64,000 nt of DNA. Origin: Candidatus Magasanikbacteria bacterium RIFOXYD1_FULL_40_23. GTDB taxonomy: Bacteria; Patescibacteriota; Patescibacteriia; Magasanikbacterales; GWA2-37-8. Of this stretch, positions 1 through 9,489 are shown in pieces. The notes under the pieces were generated by a model. That model was not told where the DNA came from and did no database searches. It saw only the letters and a list, made by a program, of their open reading frames with translations. The DNA is taken from assembly GCA_001783215.1 (NCBI GenBank), contig MFRA01000005.1, forward strand, positions 146,824-210,823, written 5' to 3'. Position 1 is the first letter of the stretch. Every line of letters starts with the position of its first letter. The translations under genes and the position numbers were made by a program.

Positions 1-404
1 CGGTTTTTTTCTGTCATTTCTGTTACTTCTTCCCATTCGCCTTGGTCTATTCGTACAAACACTGCCTGGCCCATACGTTCACCGCGAGCAACTGGTACTT
101 CTTGGTCGGTAAAGTTGTAAACTTGGAGTAGTAGTTCGTCTTTTTCACCACAGTAATCTTGGTCAATTATACCAATCCCATGTGGTACAAGCAAGCCCTT
201 TTTTTTGGGAGTGCTAGAGCGGCTCGCCAGTATAAGCATATATCCTTTTGGTATTTCTACAATAATATTTGTAGGAATAAGCCCCAGAGATTTGGGGGCA
301 ATAGTCATATCTACTCGGCTATATAAATCAAAAGCCACCGCGCCGGATGTTTGATACTCGGGCAAGGGTAGAGAAGTGTCTATGCGTTTGATTTTAACTT
401 TCAT
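1..404 (-). CDS. dut: dUTPase (C-terminus runs off the window)
   Basis: Manual translation MKVKIKRIDTSLPLPEYQTSGAVAFDL...ASRSS...GIIDQDYCGE shows trimeric dUTPase motifs; its ATG overlaps the upstream stop (TAATG). Confidence 0.92.
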   Translation of the reverse strand, partial: MKVKIKRIDTSLPLPEYQTSGAVAFDLYSRVDMTIAPKSLGLIPTNIIVEIPKGYMLILASRSSTPKKKGLLVPHGIGIIDQDYCGEKDELLLQVYNFTDQEVPVARGERMGQAVFVRIDQGEWEEVTEMTEKN

Positions 405-970
405 TATGATAGGTTAGAATATTTTTTGAGTATTTCGTCTAAGTTTTTTTCTAAATTATCTGTAGTTCCGTTGTTGTCTATATGCTCGGTTGCGTGGCTA
501 GCAACTTCAGGAATTGAAATTTCTGTAGATCTTTTATGATCTTCCATAAATTGTTCAAACGTTTTAGTTTTATCATCTGATTTTTCTGAACGTTTAGTTA
601 TTCTGTCGTATCTGGTATGTGGGTCGGCAAAAATTTCTATTAAAACAAAATTAGGAAGCTTGGAAAGATATTCTATATCTGCCATTCGTCTTATGCCATC
701 TACAACGATAATATTATTAGTGTCACTCTCTGCGTCTTTGGCCATTACTTTGGCCATAGTGTCTTCGCCAAATGTACTGCGAATAGCCTCGGACATTTTT
801 ATTAGGTTGTCCCTATTGTTTTCTAAATACATTCTTTTAATAAGGTCGGAAAGCATCGTAGAAAAGCGGTAGGTGCTCGCTCCGTATTTTTTTTGAAAGT
901 ATTCTGCCGAAGTACCTTTGCCACTGGCAGGTAAGCCTACAAATCCCAAGATTATTTTGTCTTGTGCCAT
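404..970 (-). CDS. P-loop nucleotide kinase (dephospho-CoA kinase/UPF0200-like; possibly a dNMP kinase)
   Basis: Walker A GLPASGKGT, VVDGIR motif, RYDRITKR lid; lies between dCMP deaminase and dUTPase. Confidence 0.75.
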   Translation of the reverse strand: MAQDKIILGFVGLPASGKGTSAEYFQKKYGASTYRFSTMLSDLIKRMYLENNRDNLIKMSEAIRSTFGEDTMAKVMAKDAESDTNNIIVVDGIRRMADIEYLSKLPNFVLIEIFADPHTRYDRITKRSEKSDDKTKTFEQFMEDHKRSTEISIPEVASHATEHIDNNGTTDNLEKNLDEILKKYSNLS

Positions 971-983
971 ATTTATTTAATGT

Positions 984-1451
984 TTATTTCGCCAAATCAC
1001 AAATGTATTGGCGGTATTTAATTCCAGCGCCATCTAGCATGCGGCGAGAAGCTTTCCATACATTTGTATCGTGATATTTATCGCTCTCAAAAACTACTTC
1101 TTTTATTCCAGTCTGAATTAAAGTTTTTGTACATTCATTGCAAGGAAAAAGAGTGCAGTAAATTTTGCCATCTTTTACCGAAGTGGTGGAGTTATAGACC
1201 GCGTTTTCTTCGGCGTGACAAACAAAGGCGTATTTGGTATCCAAAAATCCTCCTTCTCTTTCCCAAGGCAATTTATCGTTGTCTATGCCACGAGGAAAAC
1301 CATTGTAACCCATACCAATAACTACATTGTTTTGGGTGGTAATTACAGCCCCGGCTTGGGTGGAAGGGTCTTTGGAGCGTTCGGCAATAACGTGTGCCAT
1401 ACGCATGAAGCATTCGTCCCAAGAAATGTAGTTTTCTCTTGCTGTTTGCAT
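984..1451 (-). CDS. dCMP deaminase (ComEB family)
   Basis: SWDECFM, RSKDPSTQ, GYNGFP, HAEENA and PCNEC zinc motifs; ATG at 1451 preferred as start. Confidence 0.93.
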   Translation of the reverse strand: MQTARENYISWDECFMRMAHVIAERSKDPSTQAGAVITTQNNVVIGMGYNGFPRGIDNDKLPWEREGGFLDTKYAFVCHAEENAVYNSTTSVKDGKIYCTLFPCNECTKTLIQTGIKEVVFESDKYHDTNVWKASRRMLDGAGIKYRQYICDLAK

Positions 1452-1509
1452 ACAAAAAATTAACAATAATTACTCTTAGAGTTTAGCAAGAAAGAAGTCC
1501 GTTGGCAAA

Positions 1510-2529
1510 TTAAAGATTATGAGATTTTTTGTACTCTTCGGCTTCCAAAATAATCTTTCTGGCCACCGAAAGAGTGTAGGCCGGGCGAGTGCCCAAGGCT
1601 GTTTCGTTGCAAAGCATGATGCCGTCGGCACCGTCGAGTACAATGTTAGTAAGATCGGAAATATCCGAACGTAATGGAATATAATTATAGATCGTACCTT
1701 CTAAAATCTGAGAAGAAATTATGGCTTGTTTTTTGTATTTTTTAATTATGCTAATACCTTCTTTTTGGAAAATTCCCAATCGTTCAAATGGCATATCCAG
1801 TCCCAGCTTGCCACGGTTTAGGAGCACTAAATTGTAGAAGTCGTCTTGGCAGATGGCTTCTAGATTTTCTTTGGCTATGCGGCTTTCTATACGAGCAATA
1901 ATCTTTGGTTGCCAACTAAAGTCGGATAGTTGTTTTATTTTTTCATTCACCGATGGGCTAATATAGGGTATAGCCACATATTCGGGAGCGATTTCTTCTA
2001 GTTTTGATAATACTTCTCTACAACGGTTTAGATATTCTTCGTTTTCGTTGTTTTGGGCAATGTGAATGCTAAGGGTGGATTGTAACACTCCTTCGTTTAG
2101 AGCGCGTACTTTTACAGTTTCGTTGTTTATAATCTCTGTAATTTGCAAAGCGATTTTGCCGTGGTCTATGGTGGTGATTTGGTTTATATAAACTTGGTTG
2201 CCAAGCTCTGGAATATGCACGTATACATGGTCATCTATCATTGGTTGGTCGTGGGAAGCAGATTTAAAAATAATCTCTTCATTTTCGGATACTTTGCGCG
2301 GTTCGTGTGGGCCGGCAAGACGGGTCTGGTTAGAAGGTAGGTGAACAATAATTTTGGCCGAAGAGTTTAGTTCATCTATTACTTTCATGCCGATTTTGAT
2401 TCTCTCTATGGTGTTTTCAATTGGGCCATAAGAAAAACTATAGCGCAGCGCATCGGCTCCGGCCAGAATAATTTTTCTGATTTTTTCTTCGGAAAAGTTA
2501 TTTATACCAACTGAAGCAATGATGAACAT
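1510..2529 (-). CDS. Pyruvate kinase-like protein, degenerate active site, no C-terminal domain
   Basis: PK barrel motifs recognisable (IARIES, NRGKLG, SQILEG, DGADGIMLCNETALG) but with substitutions. Confidence 0.8.
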   Translation of the reverse strand: MFIIASVGINNFSEEKIRKIILAGADALRYSFSYGPIENTIERIKIGMKVIDELNSSAKIIVHLPSNQTRLAGPHEPRKVSENEEIIFKSASHDQPMIDDHVYVHIPELGNQVYINQITTIDHGKIALQITEIINNETVKVRALNEGVLQSTLSIHIAQNNENEEYLNRCREVLSKLEEIAPEYVAIPYISPSVNEKIKQLSDFSWQPKIIARIESRIAKENLEAICQDDFYNLVLLNRGKLGLDMPFERLGIFQKEGISIIKKYKKQAIISSQILEGTIYNYIPLRSDISDLTNIVLDGADGIMLCNETALGTRPAYTLSVARKIILEAEEYKKSHNL

Positions 2530-2603
2530 ATATGGCGAAGTAAATAGTAAGTGGTAGAAAACGAAGTTTTAAAACCCCGCCTTTATGGGGCGAGGTTTTA
2601 ATG

Positions 2604-3278
2604 TTAAGCGGCAATTTTTATAGCAGGACCCATAGTAGAGCAGACAGTCACACTCTTTAGGAAGGTTCCTTTGGCAGTAGCCGGTTTGGCTTTGCGCAAG
2701 GTGTCTAGCAACGCATTTATATTTTCTTTTAGTTTTTCTTCGCCAAAGCTTAGTTTGCCTACAGCTTGGTGAACATTGCCGGTGTCGTCATTCTTGAAAG
2801 TTACTTTACCGGTTTTTAGGTCGCCAATCATTTTTTTGAGGTTGGTGCCTACAGTATCACTTTTTGGGTTTGGCATTAAGCCTTTAGGGCCAAGCACTCT
2901 GGCAACAGAGGCTAGTTTAGGCATCATATCTGGAGTAGTGATAGCAACTTCAAATTCAATCTTACCGGTATCTTTGATTTTTTTAATTTCTTCTTCTCCG
3001 TAGATAAAATCTGCGCCTGCTTCTTTGGCTTCTTTTTCTTTTTCTGGAGAAACAAAGGCAGCTACAGTTTTGGTTTTACCAGTTCCGTGCGGCAACACTA
3101 GAGTGGCGCGCACTTGTTGTTCGGTTTTTTTGGTATTAATGCCTAAGTTAGCATGTAATTCCACGGTGGCGTCAAATTTTACGCCGGCTGTTTCTTGTAA
3201 AAGTTTTACGGCTTCGTCTAAAGAGTAGACTTTATTTTTATCTACCTTGGCTCGGTTGGCTGTCATTCTTTTTGACAT
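2604..3278 (-). CDS. rplA: 50S ribosomal protein L1
   Basis: KFDATVE, LPHGTGK, LGPKGLMPNPK, STMGP motifs; start at MSKR. Confidence 0.97.
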   Translation of the reverse strand: MSKRMTANRAKVDKNKVYSLDEAVKLLQETAGVKFDATVELHANLGINTKKTEQQVRATLVLPHGTGKTKTVAAFVSPEKEKEAKEAGADFIYGEEEIKKIKDTGKIEFEVAITTPDMMPKLASVARVLGPKGLMPNPKSDTVGTNLKKMIGDLKTGKVTFKNDDTGNVHQAVGKLSFGEEKLKENINALLDTLRKAKPATAKGTFLKSVTVCSTMGPAIKIAA

Positions 3279-3333
3279 ATTTTTACATAGATACATGATT
3301 CACACATCAAGATGCAATTGAATCGTGATTATT

Positions 3334-3366
3334 GTGGTGCAAACCCCTGAGTGTTCAAGGTCCCAC
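3334..3366 (-). promoter_or_regulatory. Putative L1 autoregulatory leader (GUGGGA...ACCAC)
   Basis: Minus strand GTGGGACCTTGAACACTCAGGGGTTTGCACCAC between promoter and rplA resembles known L1-binding mRNA sites. Confidence 0.65.
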
Positions 3367-3377
3367 TTAATGCGGTG

Positions 3378-3406
3378 ATTATATAGGATAAGGCTGGTTT
3401 TGTCAA
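3378..3406 (-). promoter_or_regulatory. sigma70 promoter of rplA
   Basis: TTGACA-N17-TATAAT consensus on minus strand. Confidence 0.8.
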
Positions 3407-3504
3407 TAATGCCGTTGCTATGTTTGACTATAGGGTCATTTTCCTATATAATAAGCCGTCATTAGTGTTTTGCATGGGCAAAAGAGCGTGAAATTCGTGC
3501 TTTT

Positions 3505-3876
3505 TTGCCCCTAGCAGTACCAGTAAACAGCAAACTTGGGGAATTTGCCAAATATGTGGAGTCTCGGCGCATGAATCGTATCGTGAGTGAAAAAGAATCC
3601 GCAGTAAGTGGCTGTCTGCACAACTTCATTGAAGCAAGTATTCAGCGTGGAGACTGCTCCGTGCAATACGTGATTTGTAGTCGGTGCGGTCGGTGTAAGC
3701 TGTGGATTTGCAATGGCCATAAGAAGTGGCCGGAAGTGGGTGTGAAGACTCTGGATCAAGCGCGGGACGCGCTCATCTCTGCTGGTCAGATTCTCGATAT
3801 TTCAGCCGGGGTTATCCTTGACCTCGACGCCAGGATGGTGGAGTTGTTCCCGGCGCACGTGTCATCCTTGGCCTAG
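3505..3876 (+). CDS. Hypothetical Cys-rich orphan protein (start uncertain)
   Basis: ORF with CSRCGRC; GC-richer than flanks; upstream TTGACT..TATAAT; downstream hairpin. Confidence 0.5.
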   Translation: MPLAVPVNSKLGEFAKYVESRRMNRIVSEKESAVSGCLHNFIEASIQRGDCSVQYVICSRCGRCKLWICNGHKKWPEVGVKTLDQARDALISAGQILDISAGVILDLDARMVELFPAHVSSLA

Positions 3877-4091
3877 CCAACAATGGCAAGCAGGGGTATG
3901 AAATGGCAAAGAAGTTTTTTCGCCGTCTCGTACTCTTTTAGAGACAATAGTTTTGTCTAAAAAAGAGTGGCGGCGAATTTCTTCTCAAAAAATATTTATA
4001 TAAGACACCTTTCGTAAGAAGGGTGTTTTGTTTTTGTTGACTTATGTTTTAAATTAGAATTTAATAGCTATATCAATCTGGGAGGTGCCTC

Positions 4092-4538
4092 GTGAGCGAT
4101 CCTTTGACAAAGAATTGGTATCAATCATTCTTTATTCCCATGACGGTACCTGATTTGGAAAGTGGATTGCAAAGATGGGCGATGTTTACCGTCTTTAGTT
4201 TGAATGAGAAACAACCATACTCGGGGCGGTTGAGGATCTATATTTTGTACTCAGCTGAACAAGTAGGTAAGATGGTTGAGGAGACCAAAAACGATCATTG
4301 CTTGATGGACGGTTTTCTTGAAAAGGCTAGGGAGTCAGCGTTGTCCGGCACATTTCCAGAGCATGATTATGAAGGCTTGCCTGCTGCAGAGATGTCTGAA
4401 AATTTAGTGGCGTTAAAGATGCTTGCAGGGTTTGTCTTTCAATATATGACTGGACAGATTCAAGTAACCCCAAACGCAGAAGGTGGCGCCGAGTCTGAGA
4501 TGATTACTTCTGGTAGCGGAGAAAAAGCCAAAGCATAA
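4092..4538 (+). CDS. Hypothetical protein
   Basis: 148-aa ORF, GGAGG at 4081, promoter-like sequence upstream. Confidence 0.65.
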   Translation: MSDPLTKNWYQSFFIPMTVPDLESGLQRWAMFTVFSLNEKQPYSGRLRIYILYSAEQVGKMVEETKNDHCLMDGFLEKARESALSGTFPEHDYEGLPAAEMSENLVALKMLAGFVFQYMTGQIQVTPNAEGGAESEMITSGSGEKAKA

Positions 4539-4609
4539 GGATCTAGTTGTTCATTTTTGAAAGTGGAAAGGGTTGTAAAAAAACAACCACCTACCACTAC
4601 GTTAGTACC

Positions 4610-4687
4610 TATACTCGAAATGAGTGAGTGAAATATTTAGCTTGCTCAAATATTTTCGAGCGAATGAGAATATATGCGGCGAAGCCC
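4610..4687 (-). repeat. Family A structured intergenic element, copy A1
   Basis: Reverse complement reads CTCATTCGCTC-stem-ACTCACTCATTTCG; nearly identical to the copy at 25411. Confidence 0.85.
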
Positions 4688-4863
4688 ATATTTATTATAG
4701 ATATTGACGTGGAGGTTATGGGTGGTTGTTTTTATTATGAGTTATTTTTTAAGAAGGTTTATTTTAAAATTGGTTGGGAGAGCGGCATCGTATTGATACT
4801 CGCTCTCCCCGTCTGATCGAGGTCGCGGCTTTGCCCGCAGAGCAGGCGCGGTCGGCGTAGATC

Positions 4864-5109
4864 TCAATGGGTCTTGTCTCGGAAGTTGCTGGTCGGTTCG
4901 TCGTCGGGCGTCCCGTTGTCGTTCTCCGCATCGTCGCAGTCGGACGTCGGATCCGTTCCGGGCTGGTCGGGCGTCTTGTCGACCGTGGCGTCCTTGTTGG
5001 TGAAAGGCTTCTTGAACTCATGCCTGTCCTTGAGCTCGTCGAAGGACGGATCGGGTTGGTCGGAGAAGGGGAAGCGGGTGTCGTATGCGTGATTCGGCAG
5101 GTGGCTCAT
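4864..5109 (-). CDS. Small acidic low-complexity orphan protein, very GC-rich
   Basis: AGGAGA before ATG, D/P/T-rich, C/G-biased third positions. Confidence 0.6.
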   Translation of the reverse strand: MSHLPNHAYDTRFPFSDQPDPSFDELKDRHEFKKPFTNKDATVDKTPDQPGTDPTSDCDDAENDNGTPDDEPTSNFRDKTH

Positions 5110-5267
5110 GGGTATCTCCTTTTTTCTCTTAACCTAGCAGAATTACGACAAAATGTCACAATTTCACCTAGGTGAAAATGATTATACCTTATTTTGGGTT
5201 TTTTTTCAAGTATCTAAAACACCGTCTGGTTAGGCGGTGTTTTTTTCAGGTATAAAAAAATTTTTGC

Positions 5268-5390
5268 TTATCTGCGTTTTTTTGTAGCTCTTTTTTCTAG
5301 CATTGCTCTTTTTGCGGCAAGACGTTTCTTGGTTTTTGGAGAATGTCTTGATTTAGTTCTCTTTTTTAGGCCTGTAGGTCTTTTTGCCAT
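5268..5390 (-). CDS. 40-aa Lys/Arg-rich small protein (below ORF-track cutoff)
   Basis: Manual translation MAKRPTGLKKRTKSRHSPKTKKRLAAKRAMLEKRATKKRR*; AT-rich start context; hairpin downstream. Confidence 0.65.
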   Translation of the reverse strand: MAKRPTGLKKRTKSRHSPKTKKRLAAKRAMLEKRATKKRR

Positions 5391-5541
5391 ACAAAATTAA
5401 ATTATTTTATTAAGATAAATTAATTATACATTAAATTTCTAAATAACTCAAATGGATTGCATGCTTTATTGTTTTGGTATATTATCTGCCCAAGGCAAGC
5501 TTGGTTGTATATCAGACCAAAACAACAGGAGGGAACCTAAA

Positions 5542-6210
5542 ATGATTCGCACCGCAGACCAGTGGGAAGCGGAATATAAGAACAGGAAAGCTCTTTGGAT
5601 TCACAATGGCAACCCAAGGCAGCCACACCCGATTCTTTCTTCAGGCGACCATTCAAACGGCTTCTTTAATAGTCGTTTGGTAACCAGCGATTCGATGTTG
5701 TTGCACGATGCCACTTCTGATTTGCTTGAATTGTTCGAAGAACATAGAGGGGATTTCTGGCAAGTTGATGGGTGTGTCGGTCCGCAAACCGGCGCCACCA
5801 GATTGGCGCAAGTAGGAAGTGTTTGGGTTAGTGAATATACCCGCCGTCCATGTTTCTTTGCTTCGCCAGCAAAGCACGGAGAAGGCGAAAGTAGGTCTAT
5901 GTTGTTTAGTAAAGAGGAATCAGCCCTTTTGTCTGGTAAAACAGTGCTTCCGTGGGAGGATGTCGTTACCACAGGAGCCAGTGTTGGTTTGATGGTTGAT
6001 GCAGTTGTTAAAAACGGCGGAGTCGTTTTGTCATATATTCTTGCGTTGGTGAACCGATCCAATCTACAAGCAGTAGACGGCAGAAGGATTGTTGCGCTTT
6101 TCAAGCGTCCGAGGTCTATCGAGGCACCCAGCAATTGCAGTCTTTGCAAATTGGGTTCGGAAGCCATTTATCCGAAAGACAATTGGGATCGTTTCAATGA
6201 GTCGTGCTGA
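5542..6210 (+). CDS. Type I phosphoribosyltransferase, orotate PRTase-like
   Basis: LSSGDHSNGFF, PRPP motif EDVVTTGAS, C-terminal CxxC; AGGAGG at 5527 supports start 5542. Confidence 0.8.
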   Translation: MIRTADQWEAEYKNRKALWIHNGNPRQPHPILSSGDHSNGFFNSRLVTSDSMLLHDATSDLLELFEEHRGDFWQVDGCVGPQTGATRLAQVGSVWVSEYTRRPCFFASPAKHGEGESRSMLFSKEESALLSGKTVLPWEDVVTTGASVGLMVDAVVKNGGVVLSYILALVNRSNLQAVDGRRIVALFKRPRSIEAPSNCSLCKLGSEAIYPKDNWDRFNESC

Positions 6211-6433
6211 GATAAAATGAAGGGGGTTTATACTAAAAGCTCTGTGTACATACTTGTGCATGGAGCTAATTTTTTATTAGGTGATTGTTATGGGGGTAAT
6301 CAATGTAAAGTGTACTTGACATTATATTTTTCCTATTTTATAATTAATATCATAATTCAAGTTTAATTTTTTGTTCTAGACAAAGAATTAATATAAATCT
6401 TCCCGATCTGTGTTGGGAGATAATTTTAATAAT

Positions 6434-6997
6434 ATGAAATATAAGTTAGTAGTTGGTATTACTATGTTACTGGGAGCTGTGGCAATTGCCGGAGCTGGTT
6501 GTGTGCCAACTAATCAACCAAGTTCTCCTTCTACCAGTTCTTCCGTAGATTCTACAGAAAAAGAAGTGATGGAAGAAAAGCAAAAGATGGAAGAAGAGAA
6601 GGCCGCAATGTTGGAAAAAGAAAGAATGATGGCTTTGGAAAAAACAGCAACGACAGAAAAAGAGGCAATGATGGATAAAACTGTGGCGGGAATGTATAAA
6701 GATTACTCGCCAGCCGCTCTAGCCGAAGCAACCAAAAATGGTGGTAAAGTTGTATTATTTTTCTGGGCTTCTTGGTGTCCAAATTGTAAAACTGCCAATG
6801 TTGATTTTCTTGCCAACACAAATCAAATCCCAAATAATGTAACAGTGCTTAAAACTAATTATGATACCGAAAAAACATTAAGAACAAAGTATGGAGTTAC
6901 TTACCAGCACACCTTTGTTCAGGTTGATGCACAAGGCAATCAAATTACTAAATGGAACGGTGGCGATACAGAAGAGCTTAAAAACAATCTTAAATAA
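6434..6997 (+). CDS. Thioredoxin-domain lipoprotein
   Basis: Signal peptide with AGC lipobox; WCPNC; KYGVTYQHTFVQVD. Confidence 0.88.
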   Translation: MKYKLVVGITMLLGAVAIAGAGCVPTNQPSSPSTSSSVDSTEKEVMEEKQKMEEEKAAMLEKERMMALEKTATTEKEAMMDKTVAGMYKDYSPAALAEATKNGGKVVLFFWASWCPNCKTANVDFLANTNQIPNNVTVLKTNYDTEKTLRTKYGVTYQHTFVQVDAQGNQITKWNGGDTEELKNNLK

Positions 6998-7014
6998 TTA
7001 GTAAAACATATACC

Positions 7015-8676
7015 ATGTTGCAAGTGATTTTTTCTTTTTTAGCGGGCGTGCTCACTATTGGTGCGCCCTGCATTCTGCCGATGCTCCCAATTATTTTGGG
7101 GGCGTCGGTGGGCCATACCAGCAAAACCAGGCCATTGTTTATTACCCTCGGTTTTGTTGCTACATTTTCTGTAGCCGGACTTACACTGTCGATTATCGTA
7201 CAGAGACTAATGATTGCACCTGATTTGTTGCGTAATATAGCGGTAGCTGGGTTAGCTTTTTTTGGTTTGCTCATGCTGTTTCCTAGAATTTTTGAAGTGT
7301 TGGCCCAGCGCTTATCCGGTCTTTCTACCCAAGCGCAGCAGATTAGTCAAAAAGCAGGTAGTAAAAATTTTGGTGGTTTTGTGTTGGGTATGATTCTTGG
7401 CCTAATCTGGACACCTTGTGCCGGACCGATACTGGGCAGCATCCTTACTCTTATTGCAACCCAATCAAACTTTGGTCAAGCAACCGCTTTGCTTTTGGCT
7501 TATTCGGCAGGTGCAGGTGTACCCATGCTTGCAATCGCATATGGTGGGCAGGCCATTACCACCAGAGTGCGCTCTGTAGCTAAGTATACAAATATTATCC
7601 AAAAACTATTTGGCGGGATTATTTTGCTTTTAGCCGTGGCCATGTATTTTCAATATGATTTAAAACTTCAGGCAAAAATTTTGGAATATTATAGCTTTCC
7701 AACATTAGAAGAAAAGCTTATTAAACCTAAGTTGGATCATTCATCTGCGCCTAGCATAAAAATAAATAGTAATATAACCATTTCAGACCTTCCAAGTTAT
7801 GGACAGGCTCCGGATTTCAAAAGCATTGTTTCTTGGATTAATACCGACAAGAATCTAACTATGAGCGATCTGAAAGGCAAAGTAGTACTTGTCGATTTTT
7901 GGACCTATTCGTGTATTAATTGTATTCGCACATTGCCTTATGTTACTTCTTGGTATGAAAAATACAAAGACAGTGGTTTTGTAGTCATAGGGGTGCATAC
8001 ACCGGAATTTGAATTTGAAAAAGTATTAGACAATGTAAAAACTGCAACAAAAAGATACGGTATTAATTATCCGGTAGTGTTAGATAATAATTTTGGTACT
8101 TGGAATAATTACAAGAATCGCTATTGGCCTGCGCATTACCTTATAGATCGTGACGGAAACATTCGTTATTACCATTTTGGTGAAGGTAAATATGAAGAAA
8201 CAGAGAATGCCATTGCTCAACTATTGGGGATGAAGGCTGAAGTCGCGAAGATTATAGAAGAGCCGGATAAGAATATCCGTACTCCGGAAATTTATTTTGG
8301 TACAGACAGATTGGAATACCTAACAAATTCACAGTCTCCCTCTGCATCTGGTAAACAGTTCTCTTTGCCGGCGCAACAGGAAGAGAATCATTTTGCTTTG
8401 GAAGGAATATGGAAATTTGATAAAGAGTATGTAAAATTGGCAGAAGGCAATGGGTTAATTAAAATGAAGTTTTTTGCCGGCAAGATTCATATGGTGGCAA
8501 AAGCAAGCAAGCCGATAACCATACAGATTATTGTAGATGGTAAAAAACAAAAATCAGTTGTTATTTTTGCTTCAGACCTGTACACTCTCTTTGATTCAAA
8601 TGATTATGCGGCTCATGAAATTATTATAGAAATTCCCGAAGCCGGTCTAGAGGCGTATACGTTTACTTTTGGTTAA
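7015..8676 (+). CDS. dipZ: DipZ-like protein (CcdA membrane domain + TlpA thioredoxin + C-terminal domain)
   Basis: PCILPMLP, WTPCAGPILG, DFWTYSCINC, GVHTPEF. Confidence 0.92.
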   Translation: MLQVIFSFLAGVLTIGAPCILPMLPIILGASVGHTSKTRPLFITLGFVATFSVAGLTLSIIVQRLMIAPDLLRNIAVAGLAFFGLLMLFPRIFEVLAQRLSGLSTQAQQISQKAGSKNFGGFVLGMILGLIWTPCAGPILGSILTLIATQSNFGQATALLLAYSAGAGVPMLAIAYGGQAITTRVRSVAKYTNIIQKLFGGIILLLAVAMYFQYDLKLQAKILEYYSFPTLEEKLIKPKLDHSSAPSIKINSNITISDLPSYGQAPDFKSIVSWINTDKNLTMSDLKGKVVLVDFWTYSCINCIRTLPYVTSWYEKYKDSGFVVIGVHTPEFEFEKVLDNVKTATKRYGINYPVVLDNNFGTWNNYKNRYWPAHYLIDRDGNIRYYHFGEGKYEETENAIAQLLGMKAEVAKIIEEPDKNIRTPEIYFGTDRLEYLTNSQSPSASGKQFSLPAQQEENHFALEGIWKFDKEYVKLAEGNGLIKMKFFAGKIHMVAKASKPITIQIIVDGKKQKSVVIFASDLYTLFDSNDYAAHEIIIEIPEAGLEAYTFTFG

Positions 8677-8681
8677 ATAGC

Positions 8682-8876
8682 ATGATTAAAAATAAAATTA
8701 AACTTTTGCGAGAAGACAAAGGTGTGACCCAAGAAGATTTTGCGGCTGTCTTGCAGGTTTCTCGCCAAACAGTTATTGCCATGGAAAAAGGAAACTATGA
8801 ACCATCGCTGGGGCTGGCTTTAAAGGTGGCAAAGTTTTTTGGTATGCCGGTAGAAAAAATTTTTACAATTAATTAG
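8682..8876 (+). CDS. XRE-family HTH regulator
   Basis: TQEDFA..VSRQTVIAMEKGNYEPSL. Confidence 0.92.
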   Translation: MIKNKIKLLREDKGVTQEDFAAVLQVSRQTVIAMEKGNYEPSLGLALKVAKFFGMPVEKIFTIN

Positions 8877-8893
8877 CTTAATCTGCATATTGT

Positions 8894-9265
8894 ATGCCAC
8901 GTCTCAAAATTTTAATTTACTATATTCTATTGTTTGTCCTGATTGCTTTACTGGCCGCGTATTTGATTTTTGAGCCAATGGACGCCATGTCTATGCCAAC
9001 GCTTATTTCTATTTGTGGTTTTTTAATTTTATATTCTGTGCTTATTTCGCTTGCGGGAGAAGCTAAATGCGAAGATGAACGAGCTGTGTTGCATCGTAAT
9101 CTATCTAACAGAATAGCCACCATTGCGGCCACTGTATTTATTTCCGGAAGCTTAATTTATCAAATTGTGGTGCTGCACCATATAGATTGGTGGCTACTGG
9201 CAGCAATAATCATAATAAACCTTACAAAAATTACTAGTCTTATTTATTTTCATTATAAGAAATAA
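8894..9265 (+). CDS. Four-TM membrane protein (DUF2178-like)
   Basis: Hydrophobic helices around an EDER motif; paired with an XRE gene. Confidence 0.75.
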   Translation: MPRLKILIYYILLFVLIALLAAYLIFEPMDAMSMPTLISICGFLILYSVLISLAGEAKCEDERAVLHRNLSNRIATIAATVFISGSLIYQIVVLHHIDWWLLAAIIIINLTKITSLIYFHYKK

Positions 9266-9319
9266 CTACCGAATATCTTTTAAAATAAAAATGAAGCATT
9301 TTGTATGCTTCATTTTTTG

Positions 9320-9337
9320 TGCTCCCAGGCTTGGACT
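9320..9337 (-). repeat. 18-bp duplication of tRNA-Asn 3' end (att-like)
   Basis: TGCTCCCAGGCTTGGACT at 9320-9337 is identical to 9416-9433. Confidence 0.85.
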
Positions 9338-9417
9338 TACCCCTCGGGGCATGAACTTCTCGTCCATTCTATAAAATAAAATAAAAACACCCAGTCGAAC
9401 TGGATGTTTTTATTTTG

Positions 9418-9489
9418 CTCCCAGGCTTGGACTCGAACCAAGGAAATCCACGTTAACAGCGTGGCGTTGTACCACTCAACTACCTGGGA
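9418..9489 (-). tRNA. tRNA-Asn(GTT)
   Basis: Acceptor TCCCAGG/CCTGGGA, anticodon arm CCACG-CT-GTT-AA-CGTGG, GGTTCGAGTCC T-arm; no encoded CCA. Confidence 0.96.
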
